This document shows, piece after piece, positions 18,985 to 30,396 of a stretch of DNA of 64,000 nt. The translations under genes were made by a program, and so were the position numbers. The stretch is from Bacillota bacterium (GTDB taxonomy: Bacteria > Bacillota > DTU025): NCBI GenBank assembly GCA_050951805.1, contig JBMNJT010000002.1, positions 96,001 to 160,000 on the forward strand, given 5' to 3'. The stretch's first letter is position 1; every line of letters starts with the position of its first letter. Under the pieces are notes generated by a model. The model was not told the DNA's origin. It did no database searches and saw nothing but the letters and a program-made list of their open reading frames with translations.

Positions 18985-19494
18985 CGAACCCGGGATAGAC
19001 CGGGCGGACGGCGAGATGAGATGATAGTTTCGCCGTTTATTCTGATTTACCTAAAAACCGTCACAAGCCCAATATGGGAAGTCCTTTGCCTGGCCTGCGC
19101 TGCGAAGTTCACCTTGCTTGCAGCGTTTCATCTGGCCAGCTGGTGCGGGCATTAATAGATTGATGTTGCTTTAAATGCCAACTTGCACCCATCTCCTATA
19201 AATCCAGTCTGATTTGACGCATGTACGCATGCGTGCTCAACCAATTCATCTCCTGTTTCACTCAAGTTGGTTTGCCTATGCGGTTGGACGCGTTTTCGAA
19301 TATGGGAGCGAGAGCTGGTGAATGTTAGGGGAGCGCGGATGCGCCCAGTCTCCCCGATTGCCTACTCTGGAGGTTCTGATTTTCCCAAATCGCTGCTGAG
19401 CTGAGCTCGGAAAGTGGCGAGCAAACCACGGAATTTGAAGCAAACACGGGCAGGGAAATCATTGAGGTCTGAGGAATAGTAACAAGAACAATAT

Positions 19495-21333
19495 ATGGAA
19501 CTGCGCATTGAAATTGGAGGTGGCTCCGGGTTGAATAGGAGACCATTGCGTTCGGAGGTTCCGGTAGAGGAAACCTGGAGATTGGAAGACCTGTTCGGAT
19601 CGGATGAGGAATGGGAGGCCGCGCTGAAATCGTTGGACGCCGGGATTCCGGCTGTTGCCCAATACATGGGAAGGCTTAAGGATGGACCGAGGCTGATGGC
19701 GGAGTGCTTTGAGGCTGCAGAAAACCTGATCAGACGTGCTGCGCCAGTTGGGCTCTACGCTTACCTCCGTCTTGCGGAAGACGGTTCAAATCCGGCCAAT
19801 CAAGCGATGATGGGCCGTTCAGCGGCGATGCAGGCCCAGATCGGGGCAGCGCTAGCATTTATTGAGCCCGAGGTTCTGAGCCTGCCGGACGGGACCGTAG
19901 AGCGATATCTGAAAGAGGAGCCGAGGTTGCACCCGTTCCGGCGCCGTCTCGAGCGTATCCTTGACGACAAGCCTTACGTTCTGACCTTTGAGACCGAAGC
20001 GGCCCTTGCAATGTTGGGCGAGGTCATGAACGCCCCGCAGATGCTGTACGAGCGGGCCAAGAGCTCTGACATGCACTTCGATTCCGTAGTTGATTCTGAA
20101 GGAAAAGAGATTCCGGTTTCGTTCGCCACCTACGAGGTGATGCTCGAGAAGTCGCCAGATGTCACGCTCAGGCGGAATGCCTACGCTTCATTTACCGAAG
20201 GATTGAAGAAATACCGTAACGTGCTGGGAGGCACATTTGGGACGGAGATCAAAAAGAACGTTGTCATGGCGAAGATGAGAGGGTTCGATTCGGCTACTCA
20301 CATGTTTTTGCACCAGCAAGAGGTGCCGATCGATGTGTATGAGAATTTGCTCAATATTATCCAAGAGGAATGTGCGCCGCACATGCGGAGATACGTGGGG
20401 CTTCGCAAGTCTGCGCTAGGCCTCGATAAAATACTCTATTGCGACATAGAAGCACCACTCGACCCCGAGTTCGACCCTGAGATCAGCTACGAAGAAGGTG
20501 CGAGGCTCATTATCGATGCTGTCCAGGTAATGGGGGCTGAATACGCGGAGATCGTGCAGATGGCCCTCGAGGACAGGTGGGTAGATAGGGTAGACAATGT
20601 AGGCAAATCGACGGGGGCTTTCTGCGCGCCTGCTTACGACAGCCACCCCTACGTCCTTACTACTTGGGGTGGGCACATGCGTTCGGTCTTTACTCTCGCT
20701 CACGAGCTTGGGCACGCGGTCCACAGCTCTCTCACAGCTCGCAACCAGAGGCTTGTCAATACGGAAGTATCTAGGGTTTTTGTTGAGTCGCCTTCCACGT
20801 TCAATGAAATGCTGCTGGCGCGCCACATATTGAGCAAGACGGATGACAAAAGGATGCGTCGCTATGTCTTGATGCAGCTTTTAGGGACCTATTATCACGA
20901 TTTCGTCCGCCATATGCTCGAGGCAGAGCTGCTTAGGCGCGTATATGCCCTTGCCGAAAAGGGCCAACCTATTACCGCCTCGGTCCTTTCCGAGCTGCAG
21001 GGCGAGATTCTGGATGATTACTGGCAGGGACTGGTCGAGGTAGACGAAGGGGCCCGCCTCACTTGGATGCGCCAGCCCCACTACTACATGGGGTTGTACC
21101 CCTACACGTACTCGGCAGGGCTTGCCTGTTCCACCGCTGTTGCGCAGGCTCTCGATGAGGGGAATACTCAAGAAGTGGCAGGCCGTTGGGTGCATGTGCT
21201 GAAGTCGGGAGGCACCCAAAAACCGCTCGATCTGATGAGGACGGCAGGGGTCGACCTTGAGGATGCAGGTACTATCAGGGGCGTTGTAGATTATGTTGGA
21301 AGCATCGTGGATCAAGTGGAGGAGACTATGTAG
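19495..21333 (+). CDS. pepF: Oligoendopeptidase F (M3B), copy 1
   Basis: RSEVPVEETWRLEDLF, GKSTGAF, TLAHELGH, ESPSTFNE, WMRQPHYY, YPYTYSAG. Alternative TTG start at 19531. Confidence 0.94.
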   Translation: MELRIEIGGGSGLNRRPLRSEVPVEETWRLEDLFGSDEEWEAALKSLDAGIPAVAQYMGRLKDGPRLMAECFEAAENLIRRAAPVGLYAYLRLAEDGSNPANQAMMGRSAAMQAQIGAALAFIEPEVLSLPDGTVERYLKEEPRLHPFRRRLERILDDKPYVLTFETEAALAMLGEVMNAPQMLYERAKSSDMHFDSVVDSEGKEIPVSFATYEVMLEKSPDVTLRRNAYASFTEGLKKYRNVLGGTFGTEIKKNVVMAKMRGFDSATHMFLHQQEVPIDVYENLLNIIQEECAPHMRRYVGLRKSALGLDKILYCDIEAPLDPEFDPEISYEEGARLIIDAVQVMGAEYAEIVQMALEDRWVDRVDNVGKSTGAFCAPAYDSHPYVLTTWGGHMRSVFTLAHELGHAVHSSLTARNQRLVNTEVSRVFVESPSTFNEMLLARHILSKTDDKRMRRYVLMQLLGTYYHDFVRHMLEAELLRRVYALAEKGQPITASVLSELQGEILDDYWQGLVEVDEGARLTWMRQPHYYMGLYPYTYSAGLACSTAVAQALDEGNTQEVAGRWVHVLKSGGTQKPLDLMRTAGVDLEDAGTIRGVVDYVGSIVDQVEETM

Positions 21334-21372
21334 ACATTTGCTCATGACCACGTTGGAAGCGGAGGTGTGCAT

Positions 21373-23187
21373 ATGGCTGAAAGACTGGCGCGTTCGGAGG
21401 TGCCCGTCGATGAGACATGGAGGCTCGATGACATGTTTCAATCGATGGAAGCATGGGAAGCCGAGCTGGCAGCGGTTGAGCGGATTATTCCACAAGTCGC
21501 AGAGTTCCAGGGGAGACTGGGGGATGGCGCAAGCGTTCTCCGAAAGTGTTACGAGACGGTGGAGTTGCTTGCAAGGCGGTTTGAGAAGATCTCTACCTAT
21601 GCCTACTTGCGATTCTCGGAAGATGGGACGAATCCTGTAGGCCAGGAACTGATGGGACGAACGATGGCAGCGCAAGCTAGGCTCGATTCTGCGATCGCGT
21701 TCATGCGCCCCGAAATACTCAGTCTGCCGGATGGAACCATCGAAGGCTATTTCTCGGAAGAACCAGGCCTTGAGACGTTCAGAAGGCGTCTGGAGCTAAT
21801 CCTCTCCGACAGGCCATATGTTCTGTCAGCTGAAACCGAAACTGCCATCGCAGCACTTAGGGAGGTTCTCGACGCTCCAGAGATGGTGTACGAATGGACA
21901 AAGACGTCGGACATCTCATTTGAACCTGCCGTAGACAGCGAGGGACATGAGGTTCCTGTCTCCTTTGCAACGTATGAAGAGATACTCGAGGTCTCGCCCG
22001 ATGCTGCGTTGAGGCGCAGCGCGTATACTTCTTTCTCGCGCGGTCTGGCGCGCTATCAGAATGCCTTGGCCGGCACGTTCGCAGCAGAGGTAAAGAAGAA
22101 TGTGGCGCTGGCGAGGATCAGGGGCTACGAGTCGGCAACCCATATGTTTCTGCATCAGCAGGAGGTGCCGGTGGAGGTATACCACAATCTGCTCGATGTG
22201 ATTGAGGAAGGTCTTGCGCCGCATATGAGGCGGTATGTAGACCTTCGAAGGCGCGTGCTGGGGCTGGACAAGATAATGTACTGCGATATCGAGGCACCCC
22301 TTGACCCCGACTTCATGCCTGAGATCAGCTATGAAGAGGGAGCTAGGCTCATCATAGATTCTGTTGCGGTCATGGGAGCGGAGTATGCGGATATCATTCG
22401 GGTCGCTCTGGAGGACAGGTGGATCGATCGTGCGGATAATATCGGCAAGTCGACCGGGGCTTTCTGTACGTCTACGTACGACGTGCACCCTTATATCCTT
22501 GCAACATGGGGCGAGAGCATGCGTTCAGTCTTCACCATCGCTCATGAGCTTGGCCATGCAGTGCAGTCGGTTTTGGCAAGTTCAAACCAGCGGTTCGTAA
22601 ACGTCGAACCGTCCCTGGTTTTCATAGAAGCGCCATCGACCTTGAATGAACTGCTTCTCGCGGAGCACATCCTGGAGAGTGCCGATGACTTTCGAATGCG
22701 CCGTTGGGTGCTCATGCAGCTTCTAGGGACTTATCATCACAACTTCGTCCGCCATCTGTTGGAAGCGGAGCTTGTAAAGCGCATCTACGCGCATGCCGAG
22801 GCGGGTCGGCCGATAACGGCAGCGTTGTTATCAGCGGAAAAGGGCGATATTCTGGAGAGCTACTGGGACGGGGTTGTAGAGATAGACGATGGTGCAAAGC
22901 TGACATGGATGCGGCAGCCCCACTATTACGCCGGTCTTTACTCGTACACTTATTCTGCAGGTCTGACCTGCGCAACTGTTGTGGCGCAGTCTGTGCGCGA
23001 GGAGGGCTCGCGAGCTGCTGAAAGATGGGTGAATGTGCTGAAACAAGGGGGCTCAATGGCACCTTTGGAATTGATGAAAACGGCCGGCGTCGATCTGGAG
23101 GACGCGGCTACTATTGGCGATGCAGTGGACTATGTGGGGCGAATTGTGGACGAGGTGGACAGAGGTTTTGGAGGACAGCCTCACTGA
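21373..23187 (+). CDS. pepF: Oligoendopeptidase F (M3B), copy 2
   Basis: Colinear paralog with the same motifs (TIAHELGH, EAPSTLNE, WMRQPHYY); RBS GGAGGTG. Confidence 0.94.
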   Translation: MAERLARSEVPVDETWRLDDMFQSMEAWEAELAAVERIIPQVAEFQGRLGDGASVLRKCYETVELLARRFEKISTYAYLRFSEDGTNPVGQELMGRTMAAQARLDSAIAFMRPEILSLPDGTIEGYFSEEPGLETFRRRLELILSDRPYVLSAETETAIAALREVLDAPEMVYEWTKTSDISFEPAVDSEGHEVPVSFATYEEILEVSPDAALRRSAYTSFSRGLARYQNALAGTFAAEVKKNVALARIRGYESATHMFLHQQEVPVEVYHNLLDVIEEGLAPHMRRYVDLRRRVLGLDKIMYCDIEAPLDPDFMPEISYEEGARLIIDSVAVMGAEYADIIRVALEDRWIDRADNIGKSTGAFCTSTYDVHPYILATWGESMRSVFTIAHELGHAVQSVLASSNQRFVNVEPSLVFIEAPSTLNELLLAEHILESADDFRMRRWVLMQLLGTYHHNFVRHLLEAELVKRIYAHAEAGRPITAALLSAEKGDILESYWDGVVEIDDGAKLTWMRQPHYYAGLYSYTYSAGLTCATVVAQSVREEGSRAAERWVNVLKQGGSMAPLELMKTAGVDLEDAATIGDAVDYVGRIVDEVDRGFGGQPH

Positions 23188-23285
23188 GCCGCTCAGCTTC
23201 GTCAAGGCCATGACGGGATAGGGGGCGGATATTGAAGAAGGAAGCGCCGCGACGGTGCAGAAACCGGTCGCGGGCTCCCTAGCTA

Positions 23286-25109
23286 TTAGCTATTGCTGGA
23301 CTTGCTTTCGGGCTCGCCGTCTGACTCGCAAGCAGAGTCCGCTGGCTCGTGGTGACCACTGTAGGCTGGAATAGACGAAAGCGAATTGAGATACTCGTCC
23401 CGCTGAATTGGGGTGAGGTATTTTTCCATGAGGCGAACGTCGCGAATCTCCGGTTCTAACTCGATGAGGAGCTCGACGGGAACACTCGCCCATATTCTTC
23501 TTTTGCCTGCCGCAATAGGGAGAATATTCGAAATAGACTCACATGTAGTCGGCGAAGGGATGACTCTGCAGGCGTCTGCTGAAGGCGAGTCGAGTTTGCC
23601 ATCATCATTCTTGCTCCAGTTGAACAATGCTGCCCTGGGGCTTGCGGCCTCAACTTCGAGTCCTTCTTCGACCTTCGCCTCACTGGACGAAAAGTCAATT
23701 CGGAGCATGCAAGTTTCATCAAATCCCGCTTCCACAAAGAGACGGGGGAGGTTGTACACGCGATAATTTTGCACATAATCGATTTCAAGTTCAACGAGGT
23801 GTTCCGACCTGTCGCATATGTCTGACACAGATGACAGGACAGAAGGGTTGGCGCGAACAGCGGTCACTATCTTCCCCTGCCTAGGATCCACGCAGATGAA
23901 CTCCTCTGGCGCTTCCGACTCTTCTTTGGGCGTCATTGCTGTGCCCGCAGGGATCAGTTCGTGCTCTGAGCCGTCAGCCAAAAGAAGGGATATGTCAGAG
24001 ACCAGCCTGGGTATGCAGTTGCGATAGGCCATGATCGCTGCCCCTTCGGCGATCAGGGTTGAGGAAGCGGAAGGCCTCACTATGCGATCCGGGGTCATCA
24101 GGCGTCCAAAGCCCTCTACAACCGGGGGCAGATTTGTGCTTTCTCCGATGAGCAGGCAGAGATCTACGTCGGATGGCTTGGCGCCTGCCGATGAGAGCAT
24201 CTCTTCTGTCGCCTGAAGGACACGGTCGACAATGGGCCTGATCAAATCCTCAAACTCGGCTTTGGAGAAAGACTCTTCGATATCGTAGTCAACCCCGTCC
24301 ACGCTGCAGAACCCGGCCTTTGCGATCTGTGTCTCGCTATCCGAGCTGAGAGCGATTTTCGCCTGTTCTGCCGCGCTTAGCAGTGCCTCTTCAGGAGCCA
24401 AACCGGGCATCGCTTCCTCCAGTTTCTGACGAGATAGGCCGTTGCGCTTCATAAAACGTTTGAGCGCTTCTTCTGCGAGGAGGGCATCGATATCATCGCC
24501 GGCTACATCGTCGAGGGAGCAACTTGCTACTTCGACGAGGCAATCATCGGTCATTATGACCAAGGTTATTTCCACATTCCCGGCGCCCCAGTCCGCCACG
24601 ACGACTCTGCGGCATTCGGATGCATCGATGGGCTCGCGTTCCAGATATCCGACGAGCGCAGCGAGGGGCTCGGACACGAGGAAGCTGGGACTAAAACCTG
24701 CAGCCTTGGCTGCCCTCATGATCTCTTTGCGTTGATCCCGAGCGAGAGAGTTCGGGATTGCGATGACAAATCTATCATCTTGCTCGGGCGAGATTTTCGC
24801 TTCTTTCAGCAAGAAGTTGAATATCACTTCAGTTGCTGTTTCTGTGGATATCGTGCGCGTTGCCAGAGTGACGGTGTCGTCTGATGCAAGACGCCTCTTG
24901 ACGGATTTGATGAATGCATGGTCAGGGTCTCCGAGAAGGGACGAATACGCGTCCTTCGCTTCGGTTCCCACACGCGGTTGCCTGCGCTTTTGATACCAAA
25001 CAAGCGACGGATGCCCGTGGCCGTCTGCGAGCAGGGCTTCAGCACTTTTCCCATCAAACGTTGCCAACATAGAATTAGCTGTTCCAAAATCTACTCCTAT
25101 ACCACGCAT
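23286..25109 (-). CDS. Divergent Hsp70/DnaK-like protein
   Basis: GVDFGTANS, PSLV, SVKR, LVSEPLAA, DWGAG, GDDID, AEQAKIALS; degenerate phosphate-2 and adenosine motifs; RBS GAGGTGG before ATG 25109. Confidence 0.8.
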   Translation of the reverse strand: MRGIGVDFGTANSMLATFDGKSAEALLADGHGHPSLVWYQKRRQPRVGTEAKDAYSSLLGDPDHAFIKSVKRRLASDDTVTLATRTISTETATEVIFNFLLKEAKISPEQDDRFVIAIPNSLARDQRKEIMRAAKAAGFSPSFLVSEPLAALVGYLEREPIDASECRRVVVADWGAGNVEITLVIMTDDCLVEVASCSLDDVAGDDIDALLAEEALKRFMKRNGLSRQKLEEAMPGLAPEEALLSAAEQAKIALSSDSETQIAKAGFCSVDGVDYDIEESFSKAEFEDLIRPIVDRVLQATEEMLSSAGAKPSDVDLCLLIGESTNLPPVVEGFGRLMTPDRIVRPSASSTLIAEGAAIMAYRNCIPRLVSDISLLLADGSEHELIPAGTAMTPKEESEAPEEFICVDPRQGKIVTAVRANPSVLSSVSDICDRSEHLVELEIDYVQNYRVYNLPRLFVEAGFDETCMLRIDFSSSEAKVEEGLEVEAASPRAALFNWSKNDDGKLDSPSADACRVIPSPTTCESISNILPIAAGKRRIWASVPVELLIELEPEIRDVRLMEKYLTPIQRDEYLNSLSSIPAYSGHHEPADSACESDGEPESKSSNS

Positions 25110-25558
25110 CAGCACAGTTCCACCTCTTAACATGTTTGCTGCCCATGAAAGGGTTTCTGGGCGTATATTACTATAGTACCATCAATATCCGAAATAAGAA
25201 ACCCGGTCCAAGAAAGCAATACATAATCGGCTTTTGTCCTAGCGGATGGAATTGACCGGAATTTGCGGGACGGGTCCTAAGAACGCCAGTTGAGGGCCGG
25301 TAAAAGTGAAGAATCGATGAAGCGGGGCAGGCACTGGCAGTGTTCTCGTGCCAGGAAAACATGGATGAAGGATGTTGTTGTGATTCTCATGTGGTAGACT
25401 ATTGTCTAGCTGAAGTTGCTAGTGGCAGTCGCGAAGACGAAGCTCTGCGGGGAGGGCGAAAGCGCTTCCTAGCCTCGCTGCGCGGCGTTATCACATCTGC
25501 GGGAGCGACTGCAGACTTATGGGTGCATGTCACTCAAATACATCATCACGGCTAGGAA

Positions 25559-27172
25559 GTGTTAGTATTGTCGGGCGATGCTAGCAAGACTTTGGCCAAG
25601 TCGGCAGGGATTGTGGCCCTTGGCTCTGTACTCAGCAAGATACTTGGCTTTCTGCGAGAGAGCGCTCTCGCATCGGAATTCGGCGCCAGCTATGCGACGG
25701 ACGCATATCTGATGGCCATGATCATACCGACGTTGATGCTGTTTGGTGTGGGACCTGCAGTCACCACCACATTGATACCTGTCTTTACCGACTTGGAGAA
25801 GCGCAAGGGGCGCGATGCGGCATTCAAGTCAGTCAGTTGCATCATAAATGCCTGCATCGTAGTGGCAGCTGCTGTGACCGTTGCCGGATTGGTGTTTGCC
25901 GAGCCGTTGGTAAGCTTCGTTGCGCCTGGATTTTCAGGGGAGACTTACGAACTGACAGTGGACTTGACCAGGCTGTTGTTTCCAATAGCCATCTTTACGG
26001 TTATCACCCACTGCATAACCGGGGTGCTGCACGCACTGGGCAGGTTTGCGGTGCCGGCAATGACCGGCCTGGTGCAGAATGTGATAATAATCACTTCGAT
26101 ATTGGTGTTCGGACCGAAGTATGGGATAACGGCGGTGGCTGTTGGAACGGCGCTCGGGGCTGCATCGATGTTTCTGGTGCAGTTGCCAGCGTTATTCTCA
26201 TCTGGGTTCAGATATCATTTCGCGCTCGACTGGCATGATCAAGGGCTTCGCCAGGTGGGCAAGTTGATAGGCCCGATCGTCCTCGGCTCTGTTGCCGGAC
26301 AAGCTGGCACGGTGATTATACGGATATTGGCATCGAGGCTCCCTACAGGGTCTATTACGTATCTCAATTACTCTCAGCGCCTTGTGGGCTTGCCTGTAGG
26401 CGTTTTCGGGACTGCGCTGGTTACGGTCTTGTACCCGACTTTCGCGCGGATGCATTCTGAGGGGACTAGAGAGGACTTTGCGAAGACATTCCGCCGATCT
26501 GTGGGCGTAGTATTCTTTACGCTTGTGCCCATGGCGGTCGGGCTTGCGGTCCTTGCAACCCCCGTGGTCCGCCTGGCTTTCGAACGGCGGGCGTTTACGC
26601 CTGAGGCCACTGCCGCCACAGCTGCAGCACTGGTCTATGCTTGCGTGGGGATACCGGCTATGAGCCTGTCTGATCTGTCATCGAAGGCTTTTTATGCCAT
26701 GCAAGACACAATCACGCCTGTGCTGGTCAATATGGGGGCTGTTGGGGTCAATGTGGCACTCAGTTTGGCGCTTGTAGAGCCTATGGGCCATACGGGATTG
26801 GCTTTGGCCGGCGCATGCCAGCCGATAGCTTCCTTTTTGATGCTTCAAGCTGTTTTGAGATATCGCGAGAAGAAATGGACGAGGAAGGCTAGAACAGATG
26901 GTGTCGCTGACAATTACAGCCTGGCCGGGTCAATCGCCAAGTCCGTTGTGTCTGTTGTTGTGATGTGGTTTGCTGTATCGTATTTTGATGCTTGGATAAC
27001 AGAGGTGTTTCCGGGTATGGGGACAGGGCGGCAGATAGTGCGGCTGGCTGCGTCAGTCGGCGTTGGAGCAGTTGTCTACTTTGCGATGGCCGCGATGCTT
27101 AAAAGCCAGGAACTCTCATTTGCCTTCAGCACCGCAAAAAAGAGGGTCAAGGAGAGGAAAACAGCAGTGTAG
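25559..27172 (+). CDS. murJ: Lipid II flippase MurJ (MviN)
   Basis: SKILGFLRE, FGASYATDAY, APGF, YSQRLVGLPVGVFG, FYAMQDTITP; ~14 TM segments. Confidence 0.93.
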   Translation: MLVLSGDASKTLAKSAGIVALGSVLSKILGFLRESALASEFGASYATDAYLMAMIIPTLMLFGVGPAVTTTLIPVFTDLEKRKGRDAAFKSVSCIINACIVVAAAVTVAGLVFAEPLVSFVAPGFSGETYELTVDLTRLLFPIAIFTVITHCITGVLHALGRFAVPAMTGLVQNVIIITSILVFGPKYGITAVAVGTALGAASMFLVQLPALFSSGFRYHFALDWHDQGLRQVGKLIGPIVLGSVAGQAGTVIIRILASRLPTGSITYLNYSQRLVGLPVGVFGTALVTVLYPTFARMHSEGTREDFAKTFRRSVGVVFFTLVPMAVGLAVLATPVVRLAFERRAFTPEATAATAAALVYACVGIPAMSLSDLSSKAFYAMQDTITPVLVNMGAVGVNVALSLALVEPMGHTGLALAGACQPIASFLMLQAVLRYREKKWTRKARTDGVADNYSLAGSIAKSVVSVVVMWFAVSYFDAWITEVFPGMGTGRQIVRLAASVGVGAVVYFAMAAMLKSQELSFAFSTAKKRVKERKTAV

Positions 27173-27362
27173 GCAGGGGTAATCTTGATGCTGGCTATGG
27201 CTTTTGCCAGTCGGATATTGCCCGGAGGGACCTATTAATCCAGTGTATTATGTTGTGTTGAGTGCATCAGTCGTACCCATGGGCTGCGCTTTTTGCCCAT
27301 GGCGCGACTCGGTCTGCAGATGCTAGGCGCAGCTGATTTGGGGCAATTGACGGAGGTCGGAT

Positions 27363-28238
27363 ATGCGAGTTCATCTAGATTGTATTGCTTGTACTTTGAG
27401 GCAGGCTCTAGAGGCGGCCCGCCTCGCTACCGCTGATATCGATGTTCAGGAAAGGATAATCCGCAGATCCCTTGAGACACTTGCGGATTATGACCTATAT
27501 AGGACCCCGGCCGAGCTGGGCAGTGCAGTTCATGAGCTTGTCAAGGAGTGTTCGGGCAACCCGGATCCTTACCGGAATGTCAAGAAAGCTACCATCGAAA
27601 TGGCCCATGCCATTTACCCTGGGCTGAAAAGGTTTGTTGAGGAGCAGGACGACAGATTGCTCGTGGCATTGGAAGTTTCGGCGGTGGGGAATCTGTTGGA
27701 TGCGGGGGTATATGGGGATCTGCGCACTGTTGATCTGGAAGAGACGCTCAAAGAGGAACTGAGCAGGGGCTTTGCCGTGTGTGATATTGACTTTCTTCGC
27801 GCCGATTTGCTTGGCGCAACCAAGGTGCTGATCATTGGGGACAATGCAGGTGAAACAGTGCTCGATCGGATTCTGATATCTGAGATCAAAAGGGCTTGCG
27901 GAAAAGAGGATAAGGTGAATGTGTTCTATGGAGTCCGCAGCGCCCCTATGATAAATGATGCAACAGCGGAAGATGCTGTCGCATCAGGGCTGGATCATGA
28001 TGCAACTATTGTGGATACTGGCTGCTGCACACCTGGACTCGTTCTTAGAAATGCCACGCCGGACTTTTTGAAGCTGTATGAGGAAGCGGATGTTGTGATC
28101 AGTAAGGGTCAGGGAAACTATGAGACGCTCAGCGATTCCGCAGGGCGCACTATTCACTTCGTGCTGAAGGCGAAGTGCAGGGCAGTGGCCGAGGATACCG
28201 AGGTAAACATAGGCGAGTATGTGCTGCTTCGGCGGTGA
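27363..28238 (+). CDS. DUF89 / ARMT1-like damage-control phosphatase
   Basis: CIAC, DPY, GNLLD, GDNAGE, PMINDAT, SKGQGNYETLS, LKAKC. Confidence 0.9.
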   Translation: MRVHLDCIACTLRQALEAARLATADIDVQERIIRRSLETLADYDLYRTPAELGSAVHELVKECSGNPDPYRNVKKATIEMAHAIYPGLKRFVEEQDDRLLVALEVSAVGNLLDAGVYGDLRTVDLEETLKEELSRGFAVCDIDFLRADLLGATKVLIIGDNAGETVLDRILISEIKRACGKEDKVNVFYGVRSAPMINDATAEDAVASGLDHDATIVDTGCCTPGLVLRNATPDFLKLYEEADVVISKGQGNYETLSDSAGRTIHFVLKAKCRAVAEDTEVNIGEYVLLRR

Positions 28239-28303
28239 GCAATTCTATTTTTGACCTGTTGCTTTCCACCTGAGTTTGCGGGCAGTTTGGGACTGTTAAT
28301 CTG

Positions 28304-28332
28304 AGAGGCCGATGCTTTTAGCATCGGCCTCT
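28304..28332. terminator. Hairpin, probable terminator
   Basis: Perfect 13-bp stem AGAGGCCGATGCT/AGCATCGGCCTCT between convergent genes. Confidence 0.6.
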
Positions 28333-28417
28333 GCCACATGAATCACACGTATTCCATTCACAACAGGCGCTCTCTGCCTTTCGCTCGCTCTGCGTAGTCA
28401 TCCTCGACCGTGAGGGC

Positions 28418-29945
28418 TTAGTAGGCCAGCGTATTAAGGTTAACACTGCTTTCGAACCCGCATGCCAGCATCGTTTTATAGGCGCTGGCGGCGCCCTCCC
28501 TGTCGTTCAGGTTGGTGCATACAACTGAGGTGCTCTCGGCTTGGCTCGAGGGCCTCAAGAATCTCTCTGCTCCGCTTCTCGATGGACTGATCCTCGGTTG
28601 TGTAGTACGTGCCCGTGAAATAGACGCGGGACAAGATCTCCAATTCCCGGAGTTCTCCCGGCTCAACTTCTATTAGTCCTTTTGGATTAGGGCCTGCTCC
28701 AAAATACAGGCCGTTGCTGGAGGATATGACATTGCCGTGCTCGTCGAGGGCCAGAATCCGCTCCTGTCAGGTAGATGGGAAGTATCGGAGGCGTACCCGC
28801 CGAACTGAACTTCGGGAATGCTGTTGATCTCAAAGGCGGTATCAGCAGTCCTCATCGAACTTATGTCCATGGAATCGTAGCCGTGTTCGCCGTAGCTGAT
28901 CGAATGAAAGACGAAGCCTGTCCCCGGCTCCAAGATTTCTACCGGTTCTACGAAACGCAAGGCGACTTCTCTTGTTTTCCCTGATTCAAGGGCGAGTTCA
29001 GCGCCGACCTGCCCCTCAATGACCTAGGGCAGTTCCCACCTCGTATCGGCGTCCTGCGGGCAGGTTGAAACAGAACTCGCCATCATCGCCGACGGTGTGC
29101 CGCGGGAGGCCGGTGCAATCTGTGGAGAAAGCAGTAGTCTCCTTCATTTCGCGCACAATGATGCGCGCACCCGGCAAGGGTTTCCCGTCAAGGAGCACGA
29201 TGCCTTTAATCTCTCCCATGCCTGCACCGCCGTCTGCGCCCTCTAGGGCATCGAGAGTTGACTGCCTCGCCGTAGATCCCAATGGGTTTGCTCTTAACCG
29301 AAGTGGAATCAGGATCTCCGGGCTGCTCATACGTTTCCTGCCGAAGCCGGTCTTCATCTTCGAACATTTCGAGGATCTTCTCATAGGCTGCTCTTGCCCT
29401 TTGATAGTCTCCCATTGCAACCAGAAGATCGCCCCTCTCTTCGCGGCGGGCTGTGGGCATTGGTAATCCGGCATGGCCTCTGCATCGTCAAACCGGCCTT
29501 CCGCGACGTACATGTCGACGAGGAGAAAGGCGGCTTCAATGCGGTTGCCTATGTTTCTTCCTTAGCTCTCGGATCACCTGAATGGTACAAACCGCCAGCT
29601 GATGCGTGGCGTCAGGGGCCGACCAGTGATCGGGATGGTCGGTGCAGATCTTGAGCAGCCTCTCCTATTTGGTCAACGTTCCTTCGGGAATCTCGTCGAT
29701 CACATTATGGCTCCGCGTTGTCCACATCTGCACGGGAAGATGATAGCTATGAAGCTTCGGTCGTCCGGCAGGATAGAGGCTGACCAGTATGAGGCATCCG
29801 GTATTTTCTCATTGTCCAGATACTCGGAGATGAACTTGTCATAGTAGGCAAGTGCCTTGACCGGATCATTGCCTTCGCGCGCACGCTCGGCTATCTTGAG
29901 CAAGTAGGCCCCGTCCACCACGTGGTAGATGTTGACTTGTGATTG
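28418..29945 (-). pseudogene. Fragmented TPR / carboxypeptidase-regulatory-like domain gene (approximate limits)
   Basis: Fragments in several frames: KALAYYDKFISEY, YVAEGRFDDAEAM, GDLLVAMGDYQRARAAYEKIL (TPR-like) and GEIKGIVLLDGKPLPGARI..GDDGEFCFNLPAG. Confidence 0.55.
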
Positions 29946-29984
29946 GGCTTTTGAAGGGCGGTCGCGCCGGGTACTGCAGGCGGT

Positions 29985-30396
29985 GCCTGTGTGCAAGAGG
30001 CTCTTAATTGTGCCGACAGGCTTGCCTGTGATATCCGATATTTCAGGGATGGAAAATTCTTCGTAGTAGAACATCACAATGACTTCCCGGTATCGGGGCG
30101 GAAGGCCTTCGACGGCTCGGGAATGTGTGAAAAATCCTCAGGAGGCAAGAGCTTGGAGGTGCTTTGGGCTTTCCGTCGGTGACGCTGATAATGGCGGCAG
30201 TGCCTTATGAGGATTGTATACATCCATGAGTAGAGTGTGGATTCGCCACGGAAGTGATCGCCCAGGATGAGAGTCACAGCCCGTCGGTGTACATGTCGAC
30301 CAACTCGTTCGCCGCTTCCTCATGGCCTGCCTTAAGCCTCTTCACATGAGGTTCGTGCATCGAGACGCATAGGCATAGATAGTTCCCTATGGCCAC
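29985..30396 (-). pseudogene. Degraded ECF sigma-70 factor
   Basis: Three frames: VKRLKAGHEEAANELVDMY*, FRGESTLYSWMYTILIRHC (region 2) and VMFYYEEFSIPEISDITGKPVGTIKSLLH (region 4); GTG start after GGAGGGG. Confidence 0.75.
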
